Below, one piece after another: positions 9,820 through 24,649 of a stretch of 64,000 bases of DNA. The stretch is from Lytechinus pictus (lineage: Eukaryota). Both the position numbers and the translations under genes were made by a program. The notes beneath the pieces are model-generated. The model was given only the letters and a program-made list of their open reading frames with translations, made no database searches and was not told where the DNA came from. How positions within the stretch are numbered: the first letter of the stretch is position 1; each line of letters begins with the position of its first letter. The stretch is from NCBI RefSeq assembly GCF_037042905.1, contig NC_087251.1, forward strand, positions 23,996,001-24,060,000, in the 5' to 3' direction.

Positions 9820-10323
9820 GACACTGTTCTCATTACGCTTTCTAAAACGAGTTTACTGGAAACTGATTCAGGAAACCAGTTTGGAAGATCGCTTTGCTAG
9901 CGTTCCCACTTGATCACACAAAAGTGGTTTTCAAAATCACTTCATGGAAAGCAATCTTGTTGCTATGGAAACGCTCTCAGTGGGGTGACACGTTTCACGC
10001 AACATTCAAAACCGCAGCGTATGCATTCTACACCTGTCGTGTGGAGTAGCGCGCTCAAAATATGCGAAGATCGCTTCCCAAAGAACGGTTGTGTCCTCTC
10101 GCTAAAACCAGTTTAACGAGGCAAAGCGATCTTGAAAACTACATCACGAGATGTTTTCTGAACCGGTTTGGAAGATCACTTCCTTGATCGCTTAGACCGT
10201 TCTCACTACACGTTAAACTAGTTTCCACTAAACTAGTTTCTAGTAAACTAGTTTCTAGTAAACTAGTTTCCACTAAACTAGTTTCCAGTAAACTAGTTTT
10301 AGGAAGGTAGTGAGAATGGTGTC
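9820..10323 (+). mobile_element. PIF/Harbinger-like MITE, copy 1, with an internal 15-bp tandem array
   Basis: TIRs GACACTGTTCTCATTA / TAGTGAGAATGGTGTC; right flank TAA, left flank TTT (imperfect TSD). Internal sequence is the reverse complement of 31183-31623. Confidence 0.75.
10215..10299. repeat. Six copies of palindromic AAACTAGTTT at a 15-bp period
   Basis: Units start at 10215, 10230, 10245, 10260, 10275 and 10290; spacers are CCACT, CTAGT or CCAGT. Confidence 0.9.
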
Positions 10324-13300
10324 TAAGACTGCCCTGGTCACCCCAGCTTTGGGGCATTCATTCATGAAGTTCCATGACATTTCCTCGAGTGGCAGTATGG
10401 CTCCTATGAAAAATCTGCATATTAAGCCAAACAGTTCTCAAACCTAACCGTTGGCTTATCCCAATTCCCTCAGAACTATGGATTAAAATCATATCACTGC
10501 CTTAAACCAATCCTGACTTTAACCCTAACCCTACGGCCTACCTAATGTCTGCCAAGAAATCAAGACAAGCAATTTTACAAGTTCAAATGTCAGGTTACCC
10601 TTTATTCAGCCCACCGGTCATTCAATTTATCCTTCCTTCATTCATTCAATCTATCTTATTGGATAAGAAGTATAGTCTTAATTCTTGAGAGCTTGATGAT
10701 GGATCAGAAGCTCGAGAGGGTTACTATTCAAGGAAACACTTCAAACTAATATGGCTATGTCTGCTTGGATTACTGCATGCATAGAAACTTTCAAATGGGT
10801 TTCATCTCAACCAGTGTACCCCATGGTCCACTTTGTGTAAATGGAAAATATACAGTGAAAGTAAAAAAAAATAGGATACTGATGGTTTACTCATACAATA
10901 GAACTCATATTTAGAATGGTAAAAATACTCATTACAAAATTCTATTGAAAAAAATAACATTCAGAATGGAATCTGAAATGATGAAAGTAGTTTTGCTTTG
11001 TTTCTACTTTGTTGAGAAACTTAGAAATTAAAAAGAAAAACGTCAACATAGAATGGTACCTCTTTTTCTGTAGATGATTGTTATGAAGAACTTATAGAAA
11101 GCTGGGAGGATAACATGATAGTGTATTCCTTTGATTAATATAGAGAATACAATTTTGTATAAGTGTTGAATAAGAATAAATAAAATTGTAATCAATTCAA
11201 ATTTTGACAAAAATACAGTATTTTTCTCACTTTTTGTGTTGATATTTAGAATCACCATAGATGTTAAATATTTAACATAATCAGAACATGTGTTAACCAT
11301 AAAGAATGATATCATAACAGAATGTACTAATAATTCAAGCTAGTAATCATGCAGAACTTATTGGCAAGCTTTGTCGATGATGCGTTAAATTGGAATTGTC
11401 CTACCACGTAAAGGGGATTGTAATTACAGAGCGTTAGTTAATTTTAGCAAAATCAAATCATTATTGTCCTAATTATTAAAAAAGATTATATTTATCATCA
11501 TTTCATATCTTTCAGGGCAAAATTAGATGTTTGAGAGTTGTTTGCCTGAAATTTAGGAAGTGAGTAAAAGTAGGCCTATATATTTATTTTTTTGTTTATA
11601 AAAATAGAAAGTTCTAACTAGAAGCAACGGTAGGAATATAGAAGTAGAAGTACCCATGTGTGGTGGTTCACCTGCATCCTCCCAATTTATTAATCAATTC
11701 AATTCAATTTATTTACTGTCACGTAATTTGATAAAAACAAAAAAAATGTTAGGATATATAGATCTTCAGCAGTGAAGGAGGCAGATTATTCCAAAGAAGG
11801 TATTACATAGTCGTATGATTGAATAATTTGAACTGAATTGAATCAAATTTCAATTTCATACAATAAAAATTGATTTAAAATTAGTTGTTGTAGTCATGGT
11901 ATTTGTAATAGTGTTATTATTATTTTTTATTCTATTAACATTGGTTTTAATATTATAGGGTGCTGAGAGGATCCTTAAAACTATTATTGGTAATTGCATT
12001 CATATTTAAAAAGGCTATGGGATTACATTTTATCACATATAGTCATGTTTGTAAGAATTGATCTAAATTAAGAAAATATAACTGCTCAATTTTCCGTCTT
12101 CTGACATATGATAAAAATCCAAGAGTAAAGCAATACAGAAAAAAATTGACTTGCCACCGGTTTATGTATTGCATTTCAGTAATCTCACTTTACGTGTGTC
12201 GGCTCGCATCAATTCTTGTAACAATCTTTACAGCTGCACACCGCCACCACAGTCATTAATATCTGACAAAGCCTGCGCCCAGTTCTAGTTCTCTGTGCAC
12301 GAGAGAATGATGGGATGTACGTAAGTGTTGTGTGGAATACTCATTAGAGGCCTGTCAAGGTGCTTTCATCTGCTGGAATTGGACAATTGCAATGCTAGAA
12401 ATTAGTTTCTCAAGGGTTGGATTTCATTAGATATTTGTTAATTCTTGTTTAATGAGCAATGTGTAATGGGAATGGCAGAAGTTGTTTTGTACTTTATATT
12501 GTGGAAATAGTTGTTGCTGCATATTTCTCTTTAGAAGTTTGATACTATCATTCAGCTTTCTATCTTTAGTCATGGAAAATTCAGTATCTGTTTATTGTGT
12601 AGTTCTTCTTGGAGGCCTGCATTAAAATATATATATTTAAAAAAAAACTGCTGTTTTTAAGAAAGTTTTACCTTTGTTCTTTTTTTCTCCAAGAACTTTT
12701 TATGGAAATAAGAAAAGAAAATCCCTTAGCCCTGTAGCAATTTTATAATCTTAAATCAAAATGAAATTTAGATGTGCATAGATAATTATACATTTGGGGG
12801 AAAAAGAGAATTCTTTTTTTTCTTTATACATTTTTTCAGAATTGTTTGAAAACTTTAAGTCTCAGAGTATGGCTAGAAGTGCTCTAATATCGGGACATGT
12901 AGAGAGAGGTATAGTGACTGATAATATGATAAAGTGGGATTTCCCTCGAAAATTTAAGATAATTTACTGGTATATTTATTATTAGACACGTCAAAGCTTT
13001 TATGGAAAATATTTGATCATCATGAACCCTTGAAAATGGCAATTTAGGGAATTGTTGCATGCAGTGATGTTAAATAATCTAAAGTTATAACTCTTTTGTC
13101 TTTTGATGAATTTGTCAGTTTTACCAAACTTTTACATACTTATACTAGTACTTGTCTAATTTACCTCTATTTTTAAAAAGTTGGATCAGTACTTTTTTTT
13201 CAAGACTTCCCTGGATCATGCATCTGTAAACAGTATAAAGACTTTATTGACTGAAGCATTATGCAAATTCAGAACTTTTTTATTGATATTGACTTCATGC

Positions 13301-14329
13301 TTGTCAGATTAAGAGTTGTAGTTTGCAGGCACATATTTTACATCCACAATGCTTTTAATCAAACATATAGATCTTAATCACGATTTGCCTAGTAGAATTT
13401 TATAGCTTTGCCTATTTCTGTGGTTATGACTGTTGTACTCTAACCGCTAAATATTTGGGAATTTTAAATGCCTATAAAATATCAGCAGGTAGGATGTATC
13501 CTGACTTGTTTATTTTATTGTAATAAATCTTCATGTTTTATGTTTGATGATTTAAAAATATTCTGTTAGAATAGATGTGGGCAAGTACGTGTTTTGGAAT
13601 CTAAATGTATGTTAAAGCCTGTCTAAAGCTGTGGTATATGGGTCAGTAATGTGAATTACAATCGAGTATCAACTGACATACCAACCCTAGTGTAAAAGCA
13701 CTGAGATCATCTTCCAACCGCCACTTCTTTGTGAAAATTTCAATTATAAAAATCTTAGATATTTAACACCCCCCCTTTGCAATTTTTTTTCTTAAAAAAA
13801 TGGGACTTTTGGGATTATATCTTCCAAATTTAGTGATTGATATCCTAGACCTACAAACAAAGAATATATCCTGAAAGTTTTAGCCCATCCATGCTTTGGA
13901 ATGGGTTTTACATTAAAAAAAACCATGTAGATATTTTATTTTGATCGGGCACCAGATCAAATTAAATTTTCATGTGAAATTGCAAAATTTATCCTGTAAA
14001 ACACATTTCCATTTCATATCCTCCACATCATATAACTGTTTTAGGGCATACCCATTCACATTAGCTAGAAAGGAATTGGAAGAATAGTGATAGACACATT
14101 TTAGGGGATTTACCAACTAAAGACAGGCTGTAACATAATTATGAATAAGAATAAGGTTAAAATGCCAGAAGCAGCAACAATTAGAGGAGGAAGTGAAAGA
14201 ATAGTTGCGATGATGGGTGTATGGCTTTCTGGGACACAAATCTTTCTTTGAAAGATGAGCATTTGATGATTAAAGTTGAATAGATACATTTTATAATGGT
14301 GAACGCAAAATAGAGTTTTAATTTATAAA

Positions 14330-14572
14330 TTATTAACAACAATGATGATAGTAACCCGTACTTACCCAGGATAGCTACTTCGTCTATTAGCTAATTTTCA
14401 TACCTGCCCTGCGTAACATAATATGTTATTAAAACCTTTTCCATTCTCGAAAATCAGGTGCCTGACTAGGAGGTAGAAGGTCTCATTTTTCAAGTCTTTG
14501 GTATGACCTTGCCAGGGATTGAACCCACGACTACCTGTTTGTGAGGCGGGTGCTCTACCACTGAGCCACTGT
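14330..14572 (-). mobile_element. tRNA-derived SINE (decayed)
   Basis: Minus strand reads GTGGCTCAGTGGTAGAGC (A box)...GGGTTCAATCC (B box), then a GGTCATACCAAAGAC body and a simple-repeat tail. Ends are approximate. Confidence 0.7.
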
Positions 14573-17500
14573 TGTTACTCTTTTATAGAGATGTATCACA
14601 GATGTGCTCACAGTGCCATCATTGTACCTGATAAATGTTTGAATTGTATACCAAGCAAAATTTTTATTCAAATTTGTGAAGCCTCACCAGTTCTAGAATA
14701 AATGTGATCTTGTACAGTCCTGATTAAAGTATTTAAAACTACAAATTATGAAAGGTAATTGCAATATGCGCAGAATTATGAATGGTGACTCCCCCTCATT
14801 GCAACTTTCAGATTACCAGTGTGACCAATCCATAAGTAAATCTGCAATGTTCTTAAAAAGAAGACAACCCAAAAATTTGAAACCACAAGTTAGGCTTCAT
14901 TTACAGTCACATGACTAGTGTGGGACCCTATAGCTGATATGATTTTGATATGTAATTATTTTAGATCCTAAATTAGAAAGGATTTTCTCTTTGGTTTCTG
15001 ATTTGCAAATTTTGTTAATTTTTGTTAACCCTTCCTTTTACCCTTTCCCATCAGGGGACCATAGTTCTGGATAGAATTGATGACATCTCGCAAAGTTGGT
15101 TGTTCTTTGTGAAAGACTGGAGTCACATTTCCTTGTGAATTTTGAGTCAAAAGCTTTCCAAGTGAGCAAAGAGCTAATACGGAAGATGCAGTTTTCAACA
15201 AAATTGATACCTAATCAGTCTTTATGTATGTGAAAGTATTTAAAAATAGTTTTGGAACACCATCCAAAATGTTGATATGTGTAATGATTTTTAAAGTCAT
15301 TCACAGTAATAAAATAGCTTTAGTCCTTGTGATTGGAATGAAAATATTGATAAGGTAACCTGTTATTCTCACAAGATTGTTTTTGCAACGTTGCAAGATG
15401 TTGTTTTCCATTATACAGTATGTCATGTTTTAGTTATCTTGAACATTTAAACAAAGCACTTCACCCCTTTTGATACTCATGTAATTCAATAAGAAGGATG
15501 TTTAAGTAACATCCAAACATAGGGAGAATGTTGGGAATTGACAAATGGAAATTTACACATCCCACTTTCAGACCTACATATTTAATGGCATTAATATGTG
15601 ATAAAGAAATTACTTGTACTTAAAAGTTCTTGAAGTATATATAGTGAGATGTATGTTTAAGCATCAGTTTGGATGAATGAAAATGATCAGGTTTCTCTCC
15701 AAGTGTGAACATTTGTTTAATTTTTTAAGCAATATGTGTTTTGGTGAGGCACACTGTTAAGTGGCACTGGTGATTTGGCAGCAGTCTTGTCATTTAACGT
15801 TTAGTATACAATCTGGATGCTTCATTGCAGTTCAGTAGGGCTATTCACATCATTTCTCTAAACAAGTTTCAAATAAACTGTCCCTAGTCTGAACATGCTA
15901 TGAGACGTTCTAGATGATACCTTGGCTGTCTTCAGAGAGGTGTTGGACCCCACAGCAACGCTTCATATGATTACAAGTATACTCGACCCTACAGGACATA
16001 CTTTATTTCTCATCGGTAGATAATCAGATCATTTTCTCTCACTGGTGTTCACTGCTGGAGCCAAAGCGACACATTTTCCAAAACGCTTACACTACGTTTC
16101 TTCCAGTAAAACTTTGGTAAGTGGATTAGCAATGAGTGGCAGTTTGCTCTCAGCAGCCATGTTATTTTACACAGCAGGAAGGTGTTCATGTCTCTGTGTC
16201 CCTTGTGGGGGGACTTGTCATAGACGCTTGTCATTGCAACCTGTCACAAAAACACATCCAAAATCGTTTTTCTGTCAAACATACACTTTGATCCATTGAG
16301 GAAGAAAAACTACCCTCTCACTGAGAATGCATACTGTTCATGCTTTAGTAGTGTTTATAGTTGGTAGTTGTAATAATTATGAAATAATTCTGATGAGATT
16401 CCCTCAGTCATTGTGGCTGATATAAGGGATTAAAACATATAATTCCATTTCTTTGACAGGATATTGCGTGTATTATGCATGCTTTGTTTAAAATGAATAA
16501 CATGAAGCAATAGAGATTATCTCACGATCCAGCTCTATCTATACTTTTAGTGAAAACTGAGGGAGTTTGTGACTGATTCTTTTACAGCCATGCTTAGATA
16601 TTCGAAAGCTTCCTAAATGTCAGAAACGTTATTTCTGACATTTCAAAAGCTTTACATGTACTTGTTTTTAAGGCTGTGATACATTTTGTTTAGCCATTAT
16701 TCTATTCAGCTTAGTATCGTTGTATCCTGATAATTTGAATGGTACTATGCTATTGTTTTCCACCTTTTCGATAGGACTGTCAATATGTCAATTATTATTG
16801 TGGGGTTGAAATTAATTACAGGTGCATTTACCTCTCTCTCCTTTGTCTCTTCTGAGGGCGGAGTAATTATAGAATCAATATGTATGGCTTTCATACCAGG
16901 TTTTTTGCAAGGATCATCATATTTGAGTGTCCCAGTGTTGCATTAGTTCCATGGTCAACTAGTAAATGTGTGTCTGAAACGTGCAGATTATCATCCCATG
17001 ATGATCTAAACTAGATCTGAACTTACTATCCTGATAGGTCATAGAAATAGAAACGGTCAAGACTTGGAGGTTATTTATATCATGTTGGTAACCGAATTGT
17101 TAATGTTGCAAATCATTTCATTGTTACATTCCCGATTGGGTTGCTGGATCCGTGCCCGTGATTAATAATGATTGATAGGAAAGGATATATAGCGAGCATG
17201 AAGTATTTGAATTGAGAATGCAGAGCCAATCAAAATGGCATCTGGGTTTTTTGTTTTGTTCTATTGACGTACAGACTCATAGATTTGGTATTTGCTGTCA
17301 CAGCTCTGGCAAATGTCATGGTGGTAGTAACATTACGAAACTGTGCACAAATTGAAATAAAAATTACTACCACTTAGCATTTTCAGGACTGTTAATGTTA
17401 TCTTTTGTTGTATTCCAGAAAATTTTAAATAGTTTTAAAAGAGAATATTATGAACATGGTTGACAACTAAATGAGTAAAATTTGTTGACCTAATCATTTT

Positions 17501-20500
17501 TCTGTAGTTAAACAAAATTCTGTATCTGTTCTTCACTTGATAGAAAGAAGTACCCTTAGCATTTCAAATAAATAAATAGTTAATCTCTTTTTCCCTGGAA
17601 ATGTTGTTCTTAGTCAAAATTATCAAAGCCCTATTTTTTAGAATTAAGAATTTGGTTTTCTGCCAGTTGTACTTTTCCCTGCCATTTAAGGTCCTCATAA
17701 AAATGTACCATTTTATTTCCATGTCATGAAGTTATATGTTGGACCAAAAACTGCTGGCCCTTTCAGATTCTCTAGATCTGTTGTGATTAATGGCAGACAG
17801 GCTGAGACTGTTGATGTCCTTTGTACTCTCTAATTACAACCAAGCTCAGGTTGTTGTTTCTCTGTACATCTGATGGAAAGGGTATCACAACATTGTGAAG
17901 CAACATCGGTCATTCTTCTTACCAATTGTCATCTCCCAACATTGTCATCTTCCAACATTGTCACAATTATTTTGGATAGATTGGACTTTCTCTTTCACAT
18001 CACTTGGAAGTGCTTGCATATCATGGCTTCTTAGCAATGATTTAAACAATTTGAATGTCTAAATATATACTTATGATTTCTCCTGTGTTTAGTGTGTTTC
18101 GGGATACATTGTACCTGTCATGTTGTCAAAAATTATTCCTATGTTATAATGCTTACATTAAAGTATAGTATATTTAAAACAATACATGTATGTAGAAATT
18201 TGCTGGTTTAAAAGTTATTCTGGTTGAGCTTAAAATAATGTGATATTTTGAAAATAAAAGTATAGTATATCTTAGCTACATACCTCAATATGTCATTAAT
18301 GTGGAATAAGGAAATTATTGAAACAAAGAAAGGGAAATCAGTTTGTTATTTCTTGTTCACAATACATAGGTGTAGATGTAGATTTATTATAGTTATATAC
18401 ATTACTCATTGAGAATAACCTAAACATGTTGACTGTACCTTACAAATTTTTAATTATGAATGTTTTATGCTTGTTACACAGAGGAAAGAGGTTTCTCACA
18501 AAAGTGAAATTTTAGGGGGAAAGACTTATGGAAAAGACAATTTTGTTGTGGTTTTCCAAATTAATAATCAAATGCTGTCATTGAAATTGTATTACCTATG
18601 AGAACAAAAACATAATAGATTGAGATGCTATTAGTTGATTAGTTTTGTAGTCCATGGAATGATTTCCTACAATATTTACTGCCCACTAATGGAATCTGGG
18701 ATGCTAAACCTCAAGGTGTAGTATGAATGGGTAAAATCAATTAGTATCAGAGTGTTAATATTGCAAATATTTCATTTAATAGAGAACCTCAGCGGCCTTC
18801 CCTTTTGTTCTAAGAACAATATATTTTACAGACTTGTCCACTTTGGTAACATTTAATTACACGATGGGATCGCTGAGATGGCAGGAAGGGAGGATGTGCT
18901 ATAAATGAAAGATATCTTGCGAGTGCTGTGGTGGAAATTGGTGAGGTGTAATTAATGGCAGTGAAGCCAGTGATTGCATCATGGCACGTAGAATCTCAGT
19001 GGTTGTAATTCACCTCCGTAAACTTGGTGGCGCGGCGGTGGGTATTTCAGGGTGGGGGCGTGCACTTCCGTCAATCTGATTAAAAACGGGTAGGAGAGTA
19101 AATGGATAGGCTGTGAATCAAGATAAGATACTGCTCAAATTAATTATGAGATAGACAATGCTGATAGATGGTTGTAGTGATGGGTTCCAGCAGTGGTTCT
19201 TGTGTGTGAAATTTCAGATGCAATCAATGTAGTATTGATTTATTATTATCAATTTCTCTCTTAAATCTTCTGCTGTATGCTGCTCACCGGCACCCATGCT
19301 TCAAAGTCAAGTCATTTGTAGAAGAGGAAAAGTTTATCATTTGCCTTCTAATCTTCTTGGTTTACTTTTATGCATACATCTATGCATTTTACATATTTAT
19401 TTTACAATTCTTGGCTTACATCCAAGTCGAAGTCAAAATAATGTTTTCCACTGTTATTAAACACTCCAAGGTTTGATCAGATTATTAATATGACCGCCAA
19501 CGGCCCATGGGCAAATGTCATGACACTGTCCCCGGCAGAGGAAAATCATATTAAAACGGAGGCCCAAGTTATCATTGCTTGACATTAATGACATGACTCA
19601 CTGGTGCTTACACAGAGTGATGATGTAGGGAGGATGATATCCTCGCCAATTCAAGGAAATGTAGAATTACAGGGAAAGGACATTTGATTGGTAGAATTTA
19701 TACGTGTTAATTTGAATGACAGAGATCGGAAGTACTTGACAGATGACGTTGATTATCTAGTAAAAAGAAGCCCAATGACGTAGCAAATTAGGAGATTATT
19801 TTATCATTGATTTTCACAGAAATCATGTAAGTTTTTCATCTGATACAAATCTATCAGGGGCTCTGATATCTTCTTGAAATTCAAGTTTACAGGGGGGAAT
19901 AATGATATTTTATTTACATTTTACTCTCTTTTCTTTGTTAAAATTTTTTTAATACTGACCCATCTTTAAAATAAATTATTTACTCGATATTCATTTATTT
20001 ATTCATTTTTTGTTAATTCTTTCTTAATTTATTAATTCTTATTCAATTTATTTTTATTATTATTATTTTTTGGGGTTGGTGAAGGGTAAAGCACTTTTGA
20101 ACCTCCATTGTTTTTTTGTTGTTGAAACCTGACAGTCATATTTCCAATATTTATTTCTATTACTACTATATTTCATTATTCATTACTGGTGAATAGGGGG
20201 GCACCATACCCCCAAAGTTAAACAATTAAGAAAAAGGGAGAAAAAAGCAAACTAAGGAAAGGAAAACTGGCAAGTATGATATTCTTTTTTAATATTATGT
20301 CAAAATCTAATCTTGTATTAGATTTTTTCATTTAAATAAGTTCAAAACTTTTGCTGGCTTGCAACTTTTCTGCAATTTTGCCTCATGTGCCATGTTGTGC
20401 CCCCTAAAACTGTATAAGTCATCACTCCATTTGTATTCTTTATTATATCGCCATATTTTCAGTACCAGTCACTTGAAAACAATGATTTTAAAGTTTAGAA

Positions 20501-21128
20501 TGCTGAAGTTTAACTTTTTAACTCTGAGGAAGTTGAACACAGAATTTGCATGTTAGAAACTGAGAAGTTTGATAAAGGTGATGGTAGTTTGTTTTACATA
20601 TATACACCATGCAATATTGGACAAGAATTATCTAAACATTTGAAACAAAATATGCCCAAACACATCCAATATGTAGCTTTAATATCATGATCAGTCTAAG
20701 TGTCTACTATATCAATCATTGAATGTTGAGAGAGGGAAAATGATGGGCTGGTTTGTTCAGGACAGGACGATATGAGCTAACCCCTATCTTACCCCTATCT
20801 TGTCTTGATTAAAATCCACTCTGTGGTGAGTGGGAATGGAAATGGATGCTTGGAAATTGATATGAGTGAGGGCTTGTTTATCACAGGCACTGCCAGGAAG
20901 GCAGAAAGATTGTGGGAAAGGATCGGAGCCAGTGATTCTGTCTTTTTGGATTGTGTTCTTGAAGCCAAGGAGCTGTAGTCAGCATGTCCACCACTCACAA
21001 GTACATACCAGAAGTTACAAATACCGATCTGCCAATAGTTTACATTTTATGCACATATCTCTGTCTGTATCTTCCCTTAAGATATGTGCCATTGTACGAT
21101 CTGTATATCAGAGCCTTGAAGTCACAAT

Positions 21129-21688
21129 CCCGGGGGGGGGGGGGGGGGGCACTCGACCAAAAAAGTAGTGGGTATGTGCCGCGGGCGAGACAAAAAACGG
21201 GGGCCTTGGAGCGGGCTTATTGTAAAAAGGAGGGTCCTCGGAACGGGCTTCGGAACTACAAATGTTTGTGAAAACGGGGGTCCTTGGAATGGGTCGCCTG
21301 TGAATGAGTGTGTTTTCATCCCTATGGAACGGGCATACGTGCATGCAGCTAGCCCGGCGGCACGGGCGCCGGGTGCGCTAACGCAGATGCGATGGTCGGA
21401 CAGCGCTCTGCGGCTGCTTTTCACCAAAATTGCGGCTCATTGTAGCAGATCAATACGGCTGGAACGGCATAACGGAAAATTTGCGAAGCTTTGGAGCGGA
21501 TTTCTCTCTTCTTTTTTCTTGATAAGAAGAAAATGCTATGCTTTGGAGTGGCTTTCTTTGTTCTTTTTCTCAATAAGACAAAAATGCTATGCCTTGGAAC
21601 AGAAATTTGAGTGTAAAAACGGGGGTCCCCTCCGCGGCACATACCCACTATGCATTATGTACTGAGTGCCCCCCCCCCCCCCCCCGGG
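21129..21688. mobile_element. Intact 560-bp MITE with CCC-polyG-CACTC TIRs and an 8-bp TSD (superfamily uncertain)
   Basis: TSD GTCACAAT at 21121-21128 and 21689-21696. Termini CCCG(n)CACTC / GAGTGC(n)GGG. Subterminal inverted TAGTGGGTATGTGCCGCGG and repeated AAAACGGGGGTCC-like motifs. Confidence 0.9.
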
Positions 21689-24649
21689 GTCACAATATAG
21701 TTTTGGTACAGATTAATTGAATAATTACTTATTTATTAGCGGATATTTTGAAATACAACCTGTAGTGACCTTTGTATCATTTGTCATTAATTGATTCTGT
21801 GTGAAAATGTGAATTTCAAAAAATTAAATCAGGTTCAATACATTCTCTTAAAAGCATGCATGGGATAATAATAATAATACAGTTTTTGTACATCCCTATA
21901 AGGGATAAGATGGGAATGAAATATCAAGAACAATTAATGTTTTCTGAATAAAGATTTCTTTTAGTAATTATTTCATAATGATTAGCTTATCTTCAACAAT
22001 TCATGAAAATGATAAATAACAATGATTGCCCCTTAAAATTGTCTTCCCATAATATGCTTGTGAACTGAATCTCTATGACCAACAAGAAGAAAAGAATAAG
22101 CAAATATGCAGAACAAAACAAATCTTTATTTCAATTGTAAACTTTACTTATTACTATTCATATCCAGATCTTGTCTTTGTTTCAGACAGTTCATTAAAAA
22201 AATAAAACAAAAAGTAGTAAATAAGTTTATCAAAATCTGACATTGGGATATCCAAACTAAGGACAGGCGGTAGGATATTGATTCAATCTTGCATAAAATA
22301 GCCACATCATTCAGTTTATGCAACTAGATCACTCTCTCTGTTGTCCTTTTCTTTGTATAAAAGCTTAAAAATATACAAGTAGAATAACATTCTGTCCAGT
22401 TATATCAGTAAAACTGACACTGTAGTTAATGTAGGAAATGTAATTTGTTTTCAGTTGTATTTTGGATTCATTGTCAGAAAGTTTGTGTATATAGGGAACA
22501 TGTAGTGTTAAAGATTAAATCTAAATTTTGAAAAATTTTCATTTAATGTCTGAATTAAAAAAGATCTTAGTTGCATTTTTTTTTATGAAACCAATTCCCA
22601 CATATAAAATGGGATTCAAATCTTGGAGATTTTAATACATATTTGAAGGACCTTTTTTAAGGCCATAGTATCACAAGATGAGATCAGTCAAATTCAAATC
22701 ATTTATAATAAGAATCAAGTATGGGTAATGTACTTTCATAAGATTTATTTTTTTCTTTAAATTAGAAAAAGGATCTTCATCAAAACTGAAGGAAGGCTTT
22801 AAAAGTGCATTAGGATTTACTCCCTTGTTTATTATGTTTAGTAATGATATGAAGCAATGAATAAAACAAGTATTGTTAGGGAAACACATTAATCATACTA
22901 TAATTGAAAAATAAAATAAGAAGGGTGGGTTTTTCCCTCTAGCCATTTCTCAGATCATTATCTTGTATCGTGCAATACATTATTCATTGTTGGGAGTTTA
23001 CTGTCCTCAGTTGGCATTTCAAAATTGAATGATTTCACAAGTAACACCTTTAAAAGCCAGGGTGTTTATTGCACTTTTCAGTTATTTTTGCAATTTATAT
23101 ATTATGAAGTGGTGTGAAAAATATGATATTCAGTATCATTTACTGGGAAGTGAAAAGATTTAGAAACATTTTGAGATAGCCACTGTGGTTTGTGTTTAAG
23201 TCCAGAAGCAGTGCTTGAGTTGAATGAGAAATAAAATTCTCTACTCACAATTAAAATAACTTGATATGGCACCATATAGAATTAATATAGAATATCATTT
23301 GAGAAGCATCATAGACTGCCTTTGTTTTTTAATATGTGAATGGTTTTGAATTGAATACATGGTTAAAAATGAGATACAATTAGATGTGAACTAATATTCT
23401 GAACTAGTACGTAAGATAGGCCAAGCATAGCACAAAGTAGAAGTCTTTTTCCGGGACCAATCTCTCTCCTACCAAAAAGAGGTCAAACTGTAACCTTATG
23501 GTGAAACACTGAGAAAAAGAGTTAAGAATATATATATTTTATTATCAGAATGGATGCATTTTGAAGGTAGATGCTGATGAAGTATTGAGATGCAAGTGAT
23601 GCAGTCTCTACGGTACCAGTGAATAACTTAGTAATGCTAATACAATGCCTGGCCAAATGTTAGCATGAATGAGGTGCTTTTAACATGTTTAAAGGCCCTA
23701 GTACTGCAATAGAGTTTTAGGAGCAGTGAACGAGAACGACGTAGCAGTCATCTGATCGTTAAAGTCAATGTCATCGTCTGCCCTTGTTCACTACAGATGT
23801 GAATACTTTAGATTTCGCTCGACTTGTACGTGTACGTCCACGTGAAACAGCGCGATAACCAGCGGGTCATGACACGCTGTCCGACCCGGAAGATCTGGCG
23901 CACCATCGCCTGGCAACCCGGTCGGGTGATGCGAAGGTGCAACTTGTGCACATGTGCCCTTTCACTTGCTTTGATTCCTTTTTACGCGAGTTAGGATATA
24001 TATCGATATATATTTTGGAGATCAGAAAGCAATTTCAAATATGATTTTGTGAAAAGTCAGTGAAAACTGTGTTTTAAAAGGGGAAGGTTGATCTTCATGC
24101 TGGGCTTGAACAGTTAAAATGACGTCACTCACGTGCACGTCGTCTATGATTTAGGAGAACTGCAAAATGGATGTGGCGAGGTTCTCGATTTTGATAGTGG
24201 ACGTGTGTGAGGACCTGAGGCATATGGCAGGCCAAAAAATGACGTCATCTCATACCAGTCCTCTATGTCGACGTACGTTTCTCAAAGTGCTCAATAATGT
24301 CTGAGAAGTGAGAGTGGTTTTTGTTGTTGATTAGAATGCATTCATTGGCTGTCTTTTAGACTTAGCAAGATGTTGACGGATGGCACTAGCCGTGTACTCT
24401 TTAGACAGTATAATTTTGGCCACCTTATACCGTCTAAAGTAAATTTGATAGGAGGCAGACAGCACTGTCCAATGTGACGGGGTCTTTAAAAGTGTTATGA
24501 TCCATTTACACTCTTTTGAAACTTGCTTGCAGGGCTCCACAAAATATCCTACTGACTGAATTGGCCTACATAGAATATCACAGCCATTTGATCTCAAATT
24601 AAAGTTTGTCTTGATTTCCTGTCAACAGTCAAACAATTTGAAATTCTAA

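Noticed and set aside
10215..10299. Regular palindromic array resembling a CRISPR array
   Set aside because: Spacers are only 5 nt and repetitive, the array sits inside a MITE, the context is eukaryotic, and there are no cas genes.
10430..10600. AACCCT-rich degenerate repeats (also ~41340-41460 and ~58420-58560) as telomeric or Helentron-like sequence
   Set aside because: Too decayed to delimit or classify by eye; not a true telomeric array.
14500..14572. tRNA gene (also 57210-57283)
   Set aside because: A and B boxes are present, but I could not build a clean cloverleaf and both continue into SINE body and tail sequence.
20866..21665. Cluster of 75-165 aa ORFs
   Set aside because: A by-product of the GC-rich MITE; no transposase motifs.
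23700..24295. CpG-richer block, possibly an old DNA transposon
   Set aside because: Could not define convincing TIRs or a TSD.
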